A stretch of DNA of 64,000 bases from Ascidiella aspersa. Taxonomy: Eukaryota. This document shows, one piece after another, positions 1 through 11,952 of this stretch (within the stretch, counting starts at the first letter, position 1; each line of letters begins with the position of its first letter). The stretch is from the NCBI GenBank assembly GCA_963924565.1, contig OZ004612.1:8742001-8806000 (forward strand), read 5' to 3'. Position numbers and translations under genes: made by a program. Under the pieces are notes generated by a model. The model did not search any database. It saw only the letters and a program-made list of their open reading frames with translations, and was not told where the DNA came from.

Positions 1-133
1 CATAACGACTTAAGTCCAAGTCAAGTAATTTGTCCAAAGACTTAAGTCAAGTCAAGTCATTTTGGTCAAATAACTTAAGTCAAGTGAAGTCATTTGAAAA
101 CAGTAAGTCAATGACTTAAGTCATTACAACACT
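1..133. mobile_element. Right end of an AAGTC-pentamer-rich MITE (CAGTGTTG termini)
   Basis: Repeated GACTTAAGTC/CAAGTC motifs end in caacactg (reverse complement of CAGTGTTG). Related copies at about 9049-9187, 14564-14985 and 15583-15947, with fragments near 24945, 43900, 48830 and 63230. Confidence 0.55.
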
Positions 134-175
134 GAGAGTAATTCAGCATTAATGGTGCTAAATAACGCATTTCAG

Positions 176-3100
176 GTTACCCCGAGGACTCGAGCTTACC
201 GGGTAGCGGGGTTCAACGTGGGTCCGCCCTTGGTGAATTTGGGGACCCTTCCACCCCCGGGTACGCGTCCACCGACTACGCTTACAGGGTGCCGCTCGAA
301 GATATCGACTTGTTTCCACCCATACCCCTGCAACCCATCGGATACGAAACGGCGCAGTTCTTCTTGAAGTAAGTGACCTTCGAGGGTATAGTAGTTACTA
401 GTGGACATATATTAAGATAGATATATTTTCTGATCTAACACATGACAAAAAAAAACAGATCTTACGTTTTTTATGCTATTTTAAAATTTTTATATTTTTT
501 GCAATATTTTCAATATAGATTTTACCGCTATTTTCTTACATTTAGTCAATTTAGCTTGCTTTAGTTGCGATTTCTGATTAAGCATGAATTTTTTACTATC
601 ATAGATTCTGTAAAGTCGAGTGTATTTTTAATTTCAGTACAAGCGTATTTCACAACAGGGTTTCGGTTTTACTCCATCTTTATGTACATTGCCAAATAAA
701 GTTCAAACGGTCAATTCTGACATTTCTTGCCATAACATACAAATTAGAAATGAATGTGGAGCATTGTTAACCGATATTACCTTATTGCCAGTGAGATGGG
801 TGGCTTCGAAGCGCCAACATCGTTCACTACAGGCCTGCAAGTGGCCGAAAATTGGAAAATCGGTCCTGGTTTTGCGTCGCCTAACGAAACTCGGGAAGTG
901 CGACTGGTCGCCAATAACAAGTACGAAACCGTCGAGTCGAACAACGTGATCGGTGAGGCTTTTCCCTTTAAGCTCTCTTAATAAGTAATTCAGTTTTAGT
1001 TCTAAGTGTGCCGTTATACAGTTGCCTGCTGTACGCGCCTATACGTACTAAACTATATTTAGTGGATTAGAAAACTCAAGGAAAAAAACTTTTATTAAAA
1101 GTATCACATCACTCTTTCCAATAAATTCTAATGTTATTTTTGACAGATAGATAAAATAGCTTGGGCACGCTTAGTTTAATTTACTTTAATTGCGAATTCA
1201 GTAGCCGGAAAGTAACTACGAAGCCATATTTACATGCTTTTGCATTAAGCAGAAATCCTATAAAAAATGTTTGAGTAAGATGTGTTACATAGACAAAAGT
1301 TTTTTGTTAACTAAAAAGCGATGTGTAACATAGGTTATGGTAAAAAGCTGCTGTTCAGTTTAACGTTGGTCGTATAATTAGCGCTCAGAAAAGCAAGAGG
1401 CGCAAAATCAAATTTATAAAAGTAACCTCTACTTTACTCAATAAAATCCACGTGATCTATGGTAAAAACAAATCTTAATCGCTTCTTCCCTAATTAAAAT
1501 CTAATTTATGTAAGCAAGCCCCCTCTTTACACAATAAAGTTCACGGGACATATTGTAAAACAAATCTTAAAAGCTTCTGTTACAATAAAGTTTCAGGACA
1601 CTCTACTTAACGGCCTGTCGGATGCCAGCACTACACGAGACGTATATTAGTGTTGTAATATAAGGCGAAATAAGCGAACTTACATAAAGAAACATAAAAC
1701 AATAAAAGGACGTAATATATAAGCGGCCAACGACTAAAATCGGGCGTAAACGACGACCATCTTAAAAGCTTGTAATCCCAGCCTTGCCCAAACCTGACTG
1801 TCCCCTACCACACAACCTTTACTAAAAATCTAAGCAATAAGAAAAAGGTGTGAGTGAAGAAGGTGCCAACGATAAAAAGGTGTCAAAGTAAAACGGTGCC
1901 GTAAGAGTGAAGATCAGTAGGAAGGCAAGTGAAAATGCAATGGTGCAAACACACATACAAACGAATAAAATATTCCGTATAACACTTCTTCCCTAATCAA
2001 AATCGAATTTTAAAAAGTAAGCGTCCTCTTTACACAATTAAATCCACGGGACATATTGTAAAACAAATCTTAAACGCTTCTTGCCCAATCTTAGGTATTA
2101 TTCGCGGCCGCGAGGAGCCGGACCGTTACGTGATGTACGGGAACCACCGGGACTCGTGGGTGTACGGGGCGGTGGACCCCGGATCCGGCACCGCTTGTAT
2201 GATGGAGATCACCCGCATCTTCGGCGAGATGTTGGCAGACGGATGGAGGCCTCGGAGGTGCGTGAGCTAGTTACTGTATGGCAGAGAGCCATAGAATATG
2301 CGAGAGCTGTGGAGTCGGAGCCACACTCGGCATTAAATGGAGCCGGACTCTGGACTCGATAGACCCGGTTTACTTACCTGGAACCGGAATCAGAACTTGA
2401 GCCGAGTATAAGACAGATCAGACCACATTCTGTATCGTATAGATTGAATTCGGTTGGGATATCACGTCATAACAACCATATCGGAATTTTGGGCTGGAGT
2501 CAGACTCGGGACTCCGGCAGGAGTTTATTTTATCGACCTGAGTTGGCTCATAAGTCAAACTCGATTTTTTTCATAGCGACTCTGCAACCATGAATGCTCT
2601 TGGGCTTTAGTGGCCGAAGCAGGGACCAACAACCTTTTTCGCACTAATTATCGGCAACGAACTTCTTGCGGACTGGCACCTATCCGCGGTTCAGTGGTTG
2701 CCGATTGCCGGCCTAAAGCCTGTACAGAAGCGATCATATAGAAAAATCGGTAGATATAGGACGTATCCGCTAACCCTGGCAAATATGTTTTATAAGTTAA
2801 CCGTTTTGATTTCGTCGGTGAGAAGGAGCTGAAAACTAATTCTTCTGGCTATAGTTCTTTCGTTTGTCTTTCTCCAAAGATATAGTCGCATCGAATTACA
2901 AAATGTCAAAATAACACTTTAAAATACAGTTTTGCTTCGCATCTTTTCCTTACAGCTGCAATGAAAGGTTAACTTGGTTTCCACTATACCACAACAGGAA
3001 CAAACTACCAATATTACATTTTAGTACCTCCAGTAAAGAATGATGTGTTTAAAGCGAAATAAAAATACATGGAAAATCCGTCAACAAACACTCAACTACC

Positions 3101-6100
3101 CGGATGCCATGAATATCGGACTACTAATTTTGTCGCTACATACAAACGTAGGGAAAACACGAAAACGCAGTAAGTTAAGCACTAATAACCTGTTTATCTC
3201 GTATCCACAGATCTATCGTCTTCGGAAGTTGGGGCTCGGAAGAGTTCGGACTTCTTGGTTCCACCGAGTGGGCGGAAGACAATAAACAGCTTCTCAACGA
3301 GAGGGCGCTAAGCTACATCAACGTCGACATCGCAGTTTTCGCCAACGTGTCCTTTTTTACTCGAGCCAGTCCGCTATTGACCACTGTCATGTACGAAGCA
3401 GCGCAAAGGGTGAGTCACGGCACAAAATCCATCACCTAGCTTGCAAAAACTGGATTTATTTGCCTATTTTAACTACGTAAATCAAATTTTTTTTAAACTT
3501 TTATTATGTTCCTAAATGTTTTAAATTTTTTTTTTGCGTTTTTTTGCTGTGCGATAATGGATAACATTTTGTAACGTATATAGTCTTTGTATTTAAAGGA
3601 ACACCACTCCAACCTAAAACTTTAACAAAATAAGTGAAAGATGTGTACCTTGACGTCAGATCATAACTTGTGACATCACGTCTAAAAAAGGGTTTAACTG
3701 TTTGATCGGCGAAAATAGTTTGTCTATATACTGTTTATGCCATAGGTCAAATGACCTGAGCCTTGTGCTTCTCTAATTCATTTGTCACGTTGTGACTTGT
3801 TTATTTTTTGCATTGAAGGTAAAGGACTTCCACGGCGATACCGTGTACAAAAACTGGGTAGACAACTTTCCAAACACTGCAGGAAACAGTCCACTGTATG
3901 TAAAGCAGTTGAAAGCTGTGAACATAATTTGCTTCTTAAATAAAAACATAGTGCGAAAATGCCTTGACTATACCGGTTACTTTTATTATGAAACCTTGAG
4001 CAAGTTGTCAGTTAACTTCCTTCAAAATTTATTTTTTATTTTTTATCCTATTTGCTTGATACTAACCTTGTCAAATGAAGTATCAGATGTTATACCGACA
4101 AAACATTAAAAAACTGTTACTTATTTTAAAACCAAGCTTAAATAAAAGCGGTTTTTTAAAGGTGAAAAAGGCAATGAAAGGCTGATGAAGTGTTACAGAT
4201 GTTGCAAGTTTTTACGCTGGTGCAACTTAACTGTCCTAATTTTTTTATAGAATCGCTCGTCTCTACACGAGCTCGGATTACGCGGCTTTTTATCAAATGT
4301 TCGGCGTCACCTCGGCTGATTTGTCCTATAGGGGGAACGTAAGTGCAAAATATTTGATTTGTTACGTATAATGGCTGTTCTACCTGACTTTAAAAAGTTT
4401 TTGTTTACTTTTCGTTTACCGTGGAATGCTCATGTCATGTCACTTCGTTTACCATGGAATGTTCATGTTAGCAAAGCTTATATTTAACTAAGAATACGTA
4501 AAATGTAAATTATTTACTACAATAAGACGTAAAATATACATTGGCATTGTTTTGCCAACACCCACTTAGGCCTATACCAGTGGTTCTCAAACTGGGGTCC
4601 GCGGTCCTTTTGGGGTCCGCGAGACAATTTTCTGGAACCGCGAAGCACCTGACAAAAAATTAACAGGACACTCCTAAAGAAGATATTTTTGTGCAAAACA
4701 ATTTTCAGGCAATTTTACTTTTCAAAACAAAGCTGAATATAGTTGTTCATTAAAGATATTGTATGCTTCGAGTTGAATTGTCCATTGTGACGTCATAGTC
4801 TTGCGTTGTGCTAGTGAGAATTAGGTTTTTACAGCTTGCTGAGCTGCCACTGTGGGCTGTACGGTCACGGTTTTAAAACTGTTCGTGATTACTTCACTCA
4901 AATAAAGTGATTCGTTAAAATTTAACATAGAGCCGATAGCGAAGAAACAAGTGCATCCGTCCCATTGATACCATTAACAAACGAGATGTTATTTTGTGTA
5001 TATTTTAAAGAACCGTGAGCAATTAAAAAAAATCCTGGGGAACGTTGCGTAATTTTTCTTTAAAAGTTTGAGAACCACTGGCCTATACACATGTTTTTTA
5101 GGCGGAAAAAGATGAGCGTTATAAAATATCTCCTTATCCTACTTATCACACCGCGTACGACAACTTTGACTACGTCGACAGGTAAGCATCAAGTAAAAAG
5201 AGGCGTATAGCCTTCTTTCGCAAATGGGGAGCACAAAATTTACTCACTTTTGTTGTTACTTTTTTGCGATAAAAGTAAATCCACTCACTATACATAATGT
5301 GAAAAATTAAGCGATTGAATTTAAGTAAACCAAGGTACTGTTTTTGCTTAAATGAGTTATACATTAATAGCTGGATATGCGAGTTTCTGCTCGCGCATAT
5401 TCTGAAAATGCTTCATTGCACAGTATATGTTCATTCCGTTTGTTTAACCACGCAACCATGGCTAATGGGTTTAGTGTTAGGCTAGGTCTGTAGTGAACAA
5501 AAATTGTGGTTTTCGATTTGGAATGTGCAATGGGCCAAATTATATTGTTATAACCAAACCGCTCGAAATTTCAGCAACAAAAATATGTTTTTCCCATTTA
5601 TCAAAAAACAATAGGATGTGCTGTTTTTTTCCATAGGGAACCCTGATACTGGTATAGCCCTGTTATCAAATATAAGCAGGGCCATTTTTGCTGTTTTATT
5701 ACCCTAAATAGTGAAGTTGTGCTCTTTAATAAGCTGTCCCACATTAAGGGTCAAACAATGTTTTAAATACCATTTACCCAACTAACTTGTCCATTTGTTG
5801 ATTTTATTTAACGAAAATACCGCTTAACTATTAATTTGAGCAACAGCCCAGGAAATTGTTAAGTAGCATTAGTGCGATTATACCTACATTATTTCGATCA
5901 ATTTAACAAGAGAGGAATTTTTTTTTTTTATTAACCAAAGATGGTCCTAATTTCGTGGGTATCATCCAACACAAAAAGCAGTTGAAGAGGATATTTCACT
6001 GAGGTCATACCAGTCTTACCACCCCTGCTGTATTAGCTGAATTATAGCAATAACTGTAGCATTTGCAACTTTGCCCAAAATTAACATTTGACAGAAATAA

Positions 6101-8461
6101 CAAAACTTTTAAGGTTCGTCGACCCGGGATTTTTGGCGCACGCCACCGTGGCCCGACTGGCCGGCGCCGCCCTCATCCAACAAAGCGACTCCCTGGTAAT
6201 CCCGTTTTCCGTGATGCCCTTCGCTGACTTCGTGTCCTTTCAAGTTACATCCACTTTAGTCGCGTTTAACGAGCTATTCGAAGCGCAGGGAATTAGTACA
6301 GGTGAGCTAAATCAGTGCTTCTCAGTGTTTTTTTTAAGTCTCAGCTTAATATTTACCACTTTTTTAATGTATAGGTGCCGGTAAACTTTTACCAACTTGT
6401 TTTAGTCGCAGTTCACTTATTTAAAGTCGCAAGCAATCGTTACCAACTTTTGTCATGGCGAGCAACGCTACCCACTTTTAACGACGTATACCAAGCAATG
6501 TTTACCAACTTTTGTCATGACGAGCAACGTTTACCAACCTTTGCCACGGCTAACAAAGTTTACCAACTTTTGACATGGCGAGCAACGTTTACTAACTTTT
6601 CAAGACGTATGCTAAGCAACGTATACTACCTAACTGTCCTTTAGTCCGAAATTAATGTTTTTAAAATTTCAGTCTTATGGCTGGAGTCCCTTTCAAGAAG
6701 CCTTTGTTATAACAAATTTTAAGCAATTTAAGAGAAATGCCGGTACACCTCCAAAATTTAGCGCTCGTTTCGCACACCAGCTGAGTCACCACGTTTTCAG
6801 GTAGCTTTATAGGTGCGCTTCGAAACAAAAAGGTTAAAAAACATTGCCTTAACCACACACTTTAACAGCGTACACAGTTCATGATTCCTATTACAGCAAA
6901 AACATGATATGTCTTTTACTCTTCTGCAGTTCATCTTCAAGGGGCTGGAGACGCTTTTCATAGCGCTGCCAATGATTTCAACGTCTACATCAACACGCAT
7001 CTGGACAGAAATGAGTAAGGATTTGTTGTATTGCTGCTATTCAAAAGTTATGTTGTTACGACTTGATTGCAAACAACAATATTTGCCAAATTTGCCAGAC
7101 ACACAAGTTGACCTCAAATACACATTATATAAGTGGTGAAAGTGAGCCAGAATGGTCCGTTCTTGTAAAAATTTTGGGCTTACGAGCAAAGTTATGCTTA
7201 TTATCCCATGATTTTAAATTTGCGTGCTTTGAAAGATCCGTTCATAAAATAAACTAGTGTCGTTATCCGGGAAGTTTGTCTTCATCGTTACGTTAAGAAA
7301 ACTAGTCTGTTTTCACCCTTAAAGTATATATGCAGGTATAGTTTTGCCATTCTCTTGATACTTTATATACAATATTTAATTCTCTCGATACAACGACATT
7401 CAAAGACAAGTTGGGCAACTTAGTTTTGACAGAGGGCCACAGTAGTATAAGTAAATGCCATAATATTATCGGTCGCCTCATCTGATGGATTCCACTCTCG
7501 CATGCTGGCTCGTTTATAATAGGCCAAAGTTACAAACATTTTCTGCTGCACAATTATTATAATCTTTCGAGAAGACAATCGTGTCACAATTTGAGAATCA
7601 TTGGTTTAAACATTAAAGACTAACTATTTTTAAATAGTGTCACAAAGTTAAGTACATTAATTATGTTGCAAAGATTTAAATTGAACCAAATTGTCTTTAA
7701 CTACTTTGATGCTGTATTGGTTTTTTAGTCCAAAGATGATCAACGCGGTAAACGATAGACTGGTTGCTCTTGAAAAGAGTTTCATCGAACCAAAAGGACT
7801 GCCTGGACAACCAAATTTGCGGTAACGATGTAATTTGTGCCTAATCAGAACAAGAACAGCGTGATTGTTGAACGAATTGTTAAAAGTTTTTAGCACTATA
7901 CAACCTATATATGTTGCGGGAATTCGAAATCGCAACCTGACTTATACTATTCAGCTGCTCGACCGGTCTTATCGAAAATAATATTTTTTTGTTTTTGCTG
8001 CTTAGAACTAATATTTTAAAGAACGGCCAATAGACATTTAGACAGGCTATATGCTAATGGTTAACGATGGAGAAACTACTACTAAACTATATCAAATTGT
8101 TTTTTAAACGGCAAATGAGAAAGAAAATGGTAACGTTGCAGCAAATAGAAACACTTGACAATTTTTCCAGCCAACTGAATAAACCAAATTTGTAGTAAGA
8201 ATAAATTTACAAAACGTTTGCGATTTATTTATCTGTCGGTGCCCAACATTGCTGTTCGACCTCGACAGACACGTATCCGGGTCTCCAGGATCTTACGACG
8301 ACATTTCTGGTTCGTTTCCCGGCCTACAGGACGCCATCTTTCAAGTCGACGGCGCTGCGGATCAGACAGCTCAGTGGGAGGTGGTGAAACAGCAGCTTGC
8401 CTTGGTTACTCAGAAAATCCACGCCGCCACAAAACTGCTGAATCTCGAACCTGTACTTTAA
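176..8461 (+). CDS. M28B metallopeptidase, NAALADase/glutamate carboxypeptidase II-like (5'-partial, 11 exons in window)
   Basis: GT-AG exons 176-368, 792-952, 2095-2257, 3211-3409, 3819-3895, 4251-4338, 5102-5181, 6114-6301, 6930-7014, 7729-7821, 8269-8461 splice in frame. Motifs match the FOLH1/NAALAD2 family: [91 protein letters not shown]. All Zn ligands and the catalytic Glu are present. TAA ends at 8461. Confidence 0.95.
2300..2592. mobile_element. Degraded hAT-type MITE of the GGAGTC/GGACTC family
   Basis: gagctgtggagtcggag...cgactctgcaaccatg resembles the intact element at 54799-55230 and carries internal GGACTC/GAGTC repeats. Confidence 0.55.
4578..5080. mobile_element. hAT (Charlie-like) non-autonomous MITE in a NAALADase intron
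   Basis: TIRs CAGTGGTTCTCAAAC / GTTTGAGAACCACTG with a perfect 8-bp TSD GCCTATAC (4570-4577, 5081-5088). Same family as 19633-20588 and 30454-31014. Confidence 0.92.
6386..6625. repeat. Degenerate ~30-bp intronic minisatellite
   Basis: Unit approximately TTTACCAACTTTTGTCATGGCGAGCAACG, repeated about 7 times. Confidence 0.8.
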
Positions 8462-9891
8462 GTCGCGGACGGCCAATTCTGATTTTACTCACTTGAGGCA
8501 GGGTGATTGCTGCCACTTACCATCACTTCTTGCGTTGCTGCTATACATGATAAAGGTTGAGCAGCATTGCTTCATACAGGACTCTTCCATTTAAAAGCAG
8601 CAAACCTTAGGTCAATTCAATAATACAATGCGAATAATTGCCGTTTCTAAACGAACAAAACACAAGCCTATGTGCTAAACATTGTCATTGTTTCCCTTTC
8701 GAGGGTCTCAGATCTAAAAAATCGCTCAGACAATTAAAACACCTTTTCATAACTGGTATATGGCATTTCAATCTAAACCTCTCGCAATATTTATGGACCT
8801 ATCAAACATGGCGTAGCACACTTACAGCTGAATAACAAAATTGCAGTTAACATTATTTGTTTTTGATTTGTATCGTTGTTATAATTTATTTTTTTCGGAT
8901 GTTTTTGATTTGTATCGTTGTTATGATTTATTTTTCGGAGCTCGTCATTTAAAATTAACTAACGTGTCTTACGCGTATTTTTCGGTCTATTTGATTTAAC
9001 AAGTTTCCTAGGTTAGGTTTTTCTTGCCGTGTTTATGATACTACAAGACAATGTTGTAAGCAAGTCCTCTTAAAATACAAGTCAAGTCATTTGTAAAATA
9101 GATTAAGTCCACGTCAAGTCTTTTAGAATAAATAGAAGTCACGTCCTCGTCATCAAAATGAAACTTTATATTATTAGAATAACACTATAACAATGCTCAA
9201 ATAAACAAAATAGAGGAAATTGAAACGTTCAAACTAAATTTGTTCAGATCATTAGGCTGAAATGCCCCCTAGCATTAGGAAATTTAGTTGCCGTCGGATC
9301 ATTATTCAAGGCTAAAATCCTATACCAAAGGGGCCGAATCGGCACGTATACCGTACTGCCACTGTCACTGGCATCGGTTACCGTTTGTCTCCGTCGTTAT
9401 CTGACATCCCTAGTCACATCAGATGGAGCAAAAATGCGAATCTCTTTAGTTTCCATGTGTTGTGCCTTTGTTGCGAAAATGAACTCATTGAACGATTTTT
9501 CTTGTGGCGAAAATGCTTTGTGTCTTTCCTCCTGATTGTGATTTAACTAGACTTAAGTTTCAAATTTTCGCAAGAGATCTCTGAAAACTTTCATGCTGTT
9601 CGGTAAAAAAATTAATTTCTCTTCACCCCGCTTGGTCTCCCATAACGTTAATGGATTTGCCCCCTGTAGCGGCTCAAAATAACTATTCGAAGCAGTTTAA
9701 TAACGGGTGGGCGTAAGCCGCTTTTTCCTGCAGGGTTCCCAACTGTATCTGTCTACTGCAGCATTTGTAGGTTTACAAAACTAATATCTCCAAACTCAAA
9801 AATCTTTTGAGCCAAACTCTAAGCGCGTTTCCAATAACATAAGTTTATCAGAGAAAATACTTTTTAATTGGTAAACAATACCAGATATATA

Positions 9892-10294
9892 AACTGTTGC
9901 TACCAGGCATGGTAATATAAATCAAAAACAGCTCCTCTGGTAATTGTAATTGTTAACCAATTTTGGTGGCGCTTCAATAATAGCACGAGAATAAGACTAC
10001 AGGAAAAGATTATTTTTGGAATCGTGGAATATTCATAGGAAGGGTAACACCATGAACGTCAAAACTGACGTGATGCTTTCTGCATGCTACAAGCACCTGC
10101 TGAAGGACTAGAGGCAGTCGCTAATTACTTTCTTATCGTTTTGTTGCTCGCGTTTATTTCTGTTTTTTTCTTTTTTTCCTTTCCATTTATTGTACGAGCG
10201 TTCAGTGTCAATCACCCTGACGAAGGCGGCTTGTATAGGTTGCCGAAACGTTGGTTAACAATTACAATTACCAGAGGAGCTGTTTTTGATTTAT
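9892..10294 (+). mobile_element. 5'-truncated Penelope-like retroelement with inverted 5' pLTR segment
   Basis: Encodes a GIY-YIG C-terminal relic (IIARE*DYRKRLFLESWNIH..TMN..CYKHLL*) and a hammerhead at 10214-10255. Perfect 45-bp inverted repeat 9916-9960 / 10251-10295. Flanked by the 15-bp direct repeat AATACCAGATATATA (9877-9891, 10295-10309). Confidence 0.85.
10214..10255 (+). ncRNA. Type I hammerhead ribozyme (Penelope-type, minimal stem III)
   Basis: ACC-CUGACGA-A-GGCGGC[UUGUAUAG]GUUGCC-GAAA-C-GUU^-GGU: conserved core, 6-bp stem II, palindromic ACGU stem III, stem I ACC/GGU. Confidence 0.8.
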
Positions 10295-10850
10295 AATACC
10301 AGATATATAGACTCGGGTAAAATTAGGTGACCTAGCGCTAGGGCCGCCTGTCTGTTTTAGAAAAAAAATTATGCCTGGCCGACTGTCTTTCATGGCTTTT
10401 CTAAAGTTCTTGTCGACCATTTTAAAGTCCACATCGCGTCTCCCCTATTTTAATTGCATTTCCTAAAACGCCGCGTGATTTTGGAGATCATGACCTATTT
10501 GCGAGCCTCCATGTAATGTATATCTGGCAAGAGTTTGCCTATTCTGTCTGTGTTTCGTTAGCCAGTAGAATATGGACATTTTTTGGCCGAACAATGCTGA
10601 ATCTGGCTGAACGCCAATGCACGACAGGTCGACAACGGAAATGCACAGTTTTCTGGCGGCGCGTCGAGCTACGGTGTTGAATGTCTTGCGATCATAAAAA
10701 TAGGAAATTGCCCTGCACGTTTCGCTAAACTTTATCTTTCGCTGGGAGTAAATTTCTTGCAGCGAATACGCAGCTGCCAACCTATACGGATGATCGACCA
10801 AGGCTTTTAATCGAGCTTTGGTTGGCTTCGGCAAAGTCTAGACTCTAGAG

Positions 10851-11242
10851 CAGAGGCGTGCAACATACGGCCCGCGGGCCACAGCACGGCCCGCGCTACC
10901 ATTTTACGTGGCCCGCACAAACTCCGTCAAATAGCCCATTCATTTTTATTACTTTTCTAAGTTACTTTTGTAACGGAATCGTTGGTATTTTTCAATTCGT
11001 ATTACGTCACACTGACGGAACCTCCTTTATTGCGTCATAGTGTGCATTGTAGTAAAACTGCCTTGTTCTGCTGGTAATGATTTAGTGACATGATCTTACT
11101 TTATGGGTGCAGTGTTTTGAATATATATTAAATTTTCACGGTTTTTTTGATAAAAACTGTAAATGTTGTCCGATTGTCTGGCCCGCAGCACCATCACAAC
11201 TATACATTATAGCCCGTTGCGATAAACAGTTGCACGCCCCTG
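10851..11242. mobile_element. hAT MITE
   Basis: TIRs CAGAGGCGTGCAAC / GTTGCACGCCCCTG, subterminal GGCCCGC motifs, perfect 8-bp TSD CTCTAGAG (10843-10850, 11243-11250). Confidence 0.92.
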
Positions 11243-11307
11243 CTCTAGAGTGTGTTTATAGCGGCCTGAACAGTTTTTTTGGCTCGGTCCTCCTTCAGTA
11301 AACTTTG

Positions 11308-11404
11308 GTTATAAAAATTAAATAAATGCTACTAATATAATGTTATAAAATTAAATAAATGCTACAAATATAATGTTATAAAATTAAATAAATGCTACAA
11401 ATAT
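11308..11404. repeat. 33-bp tandem repeat, about 3 copies
   Basis: Unit GTTATAAAATTAAATAAATGCTACAAATATAAT. Confidence 0.85.
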
Positions 11405-11952
11405 GTTGATGATATATTTCTTGTACTGAATTATATTATCTTAAAAACCGTATCAATTGTCAATTATACCAAGTTTAGGTATTTTCTCATAGATATTTTT
11501 TTTTGAAAAATAGATTTTTTATTCGAAAAAAGGCGCTATTGGCCTAAGAGATGATTGTGTTCTCGTCTAATTTGTTTTGGCCAGCCTTATGTTGATGCTT
11601 TTTGCAATTTTAAAAGTATAACTATAAGATTGTGAAGCTTCTTTTCGCCCTTCTAAGCGCCTTGGATACGTACGCTATGCGGAAAATTGGATTTGCGAGC
11701 TGAGGTCCCTGAAAGTTCAATAAGCAACTTGTTTATCTGAGGTTAACCGTTTCATGCACGGATAGCTTCAAACCCGTTCGGCACTTCCTCGTATAACTTT
11801 AGCAATGGACAAAGCAAGCATGACGCAATTTCAAGCTTTTTTCAGACCGCGCTTAAAATACTGCTTGCCCTGCAGGGTTTGTTGCACCGCGCATTTTTTG
11901 GCATTAGTTGCTGCTAACAGTCGAGTTTGGACTTGACTGCGAGATCACAAAA

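Larger units (their letters stand above)
9250..10834 (-). pseudogene. Decayed ORF (possibly death-domain-like N-terminal part) interrupted by a Penelope insertion
   Basis: ORF 10463-10834 continues after two stops, and the frame stays open for about 80 codons across the excised Penelope insertion (..RVYISGI|VYQLKSIFSDKLM..). Further long open stretches run down to about 9250. Product identity is uncertain. Confidence 0.3.

Noticed and set aside
1-133. Regularly spaced GACTTAAGTC repeats as a CRISPR-like array
   Set aside because: Repeats are degenerate with no unique spacers, the context is eukaryotic, and they match a dispersed MITE family.
4183-4215. Additional CTGATGA matches (also near 42911 and 58317) as hammerheads
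   Set aside because: No stem II followed by GAAA and no NUH or stem I pairing.
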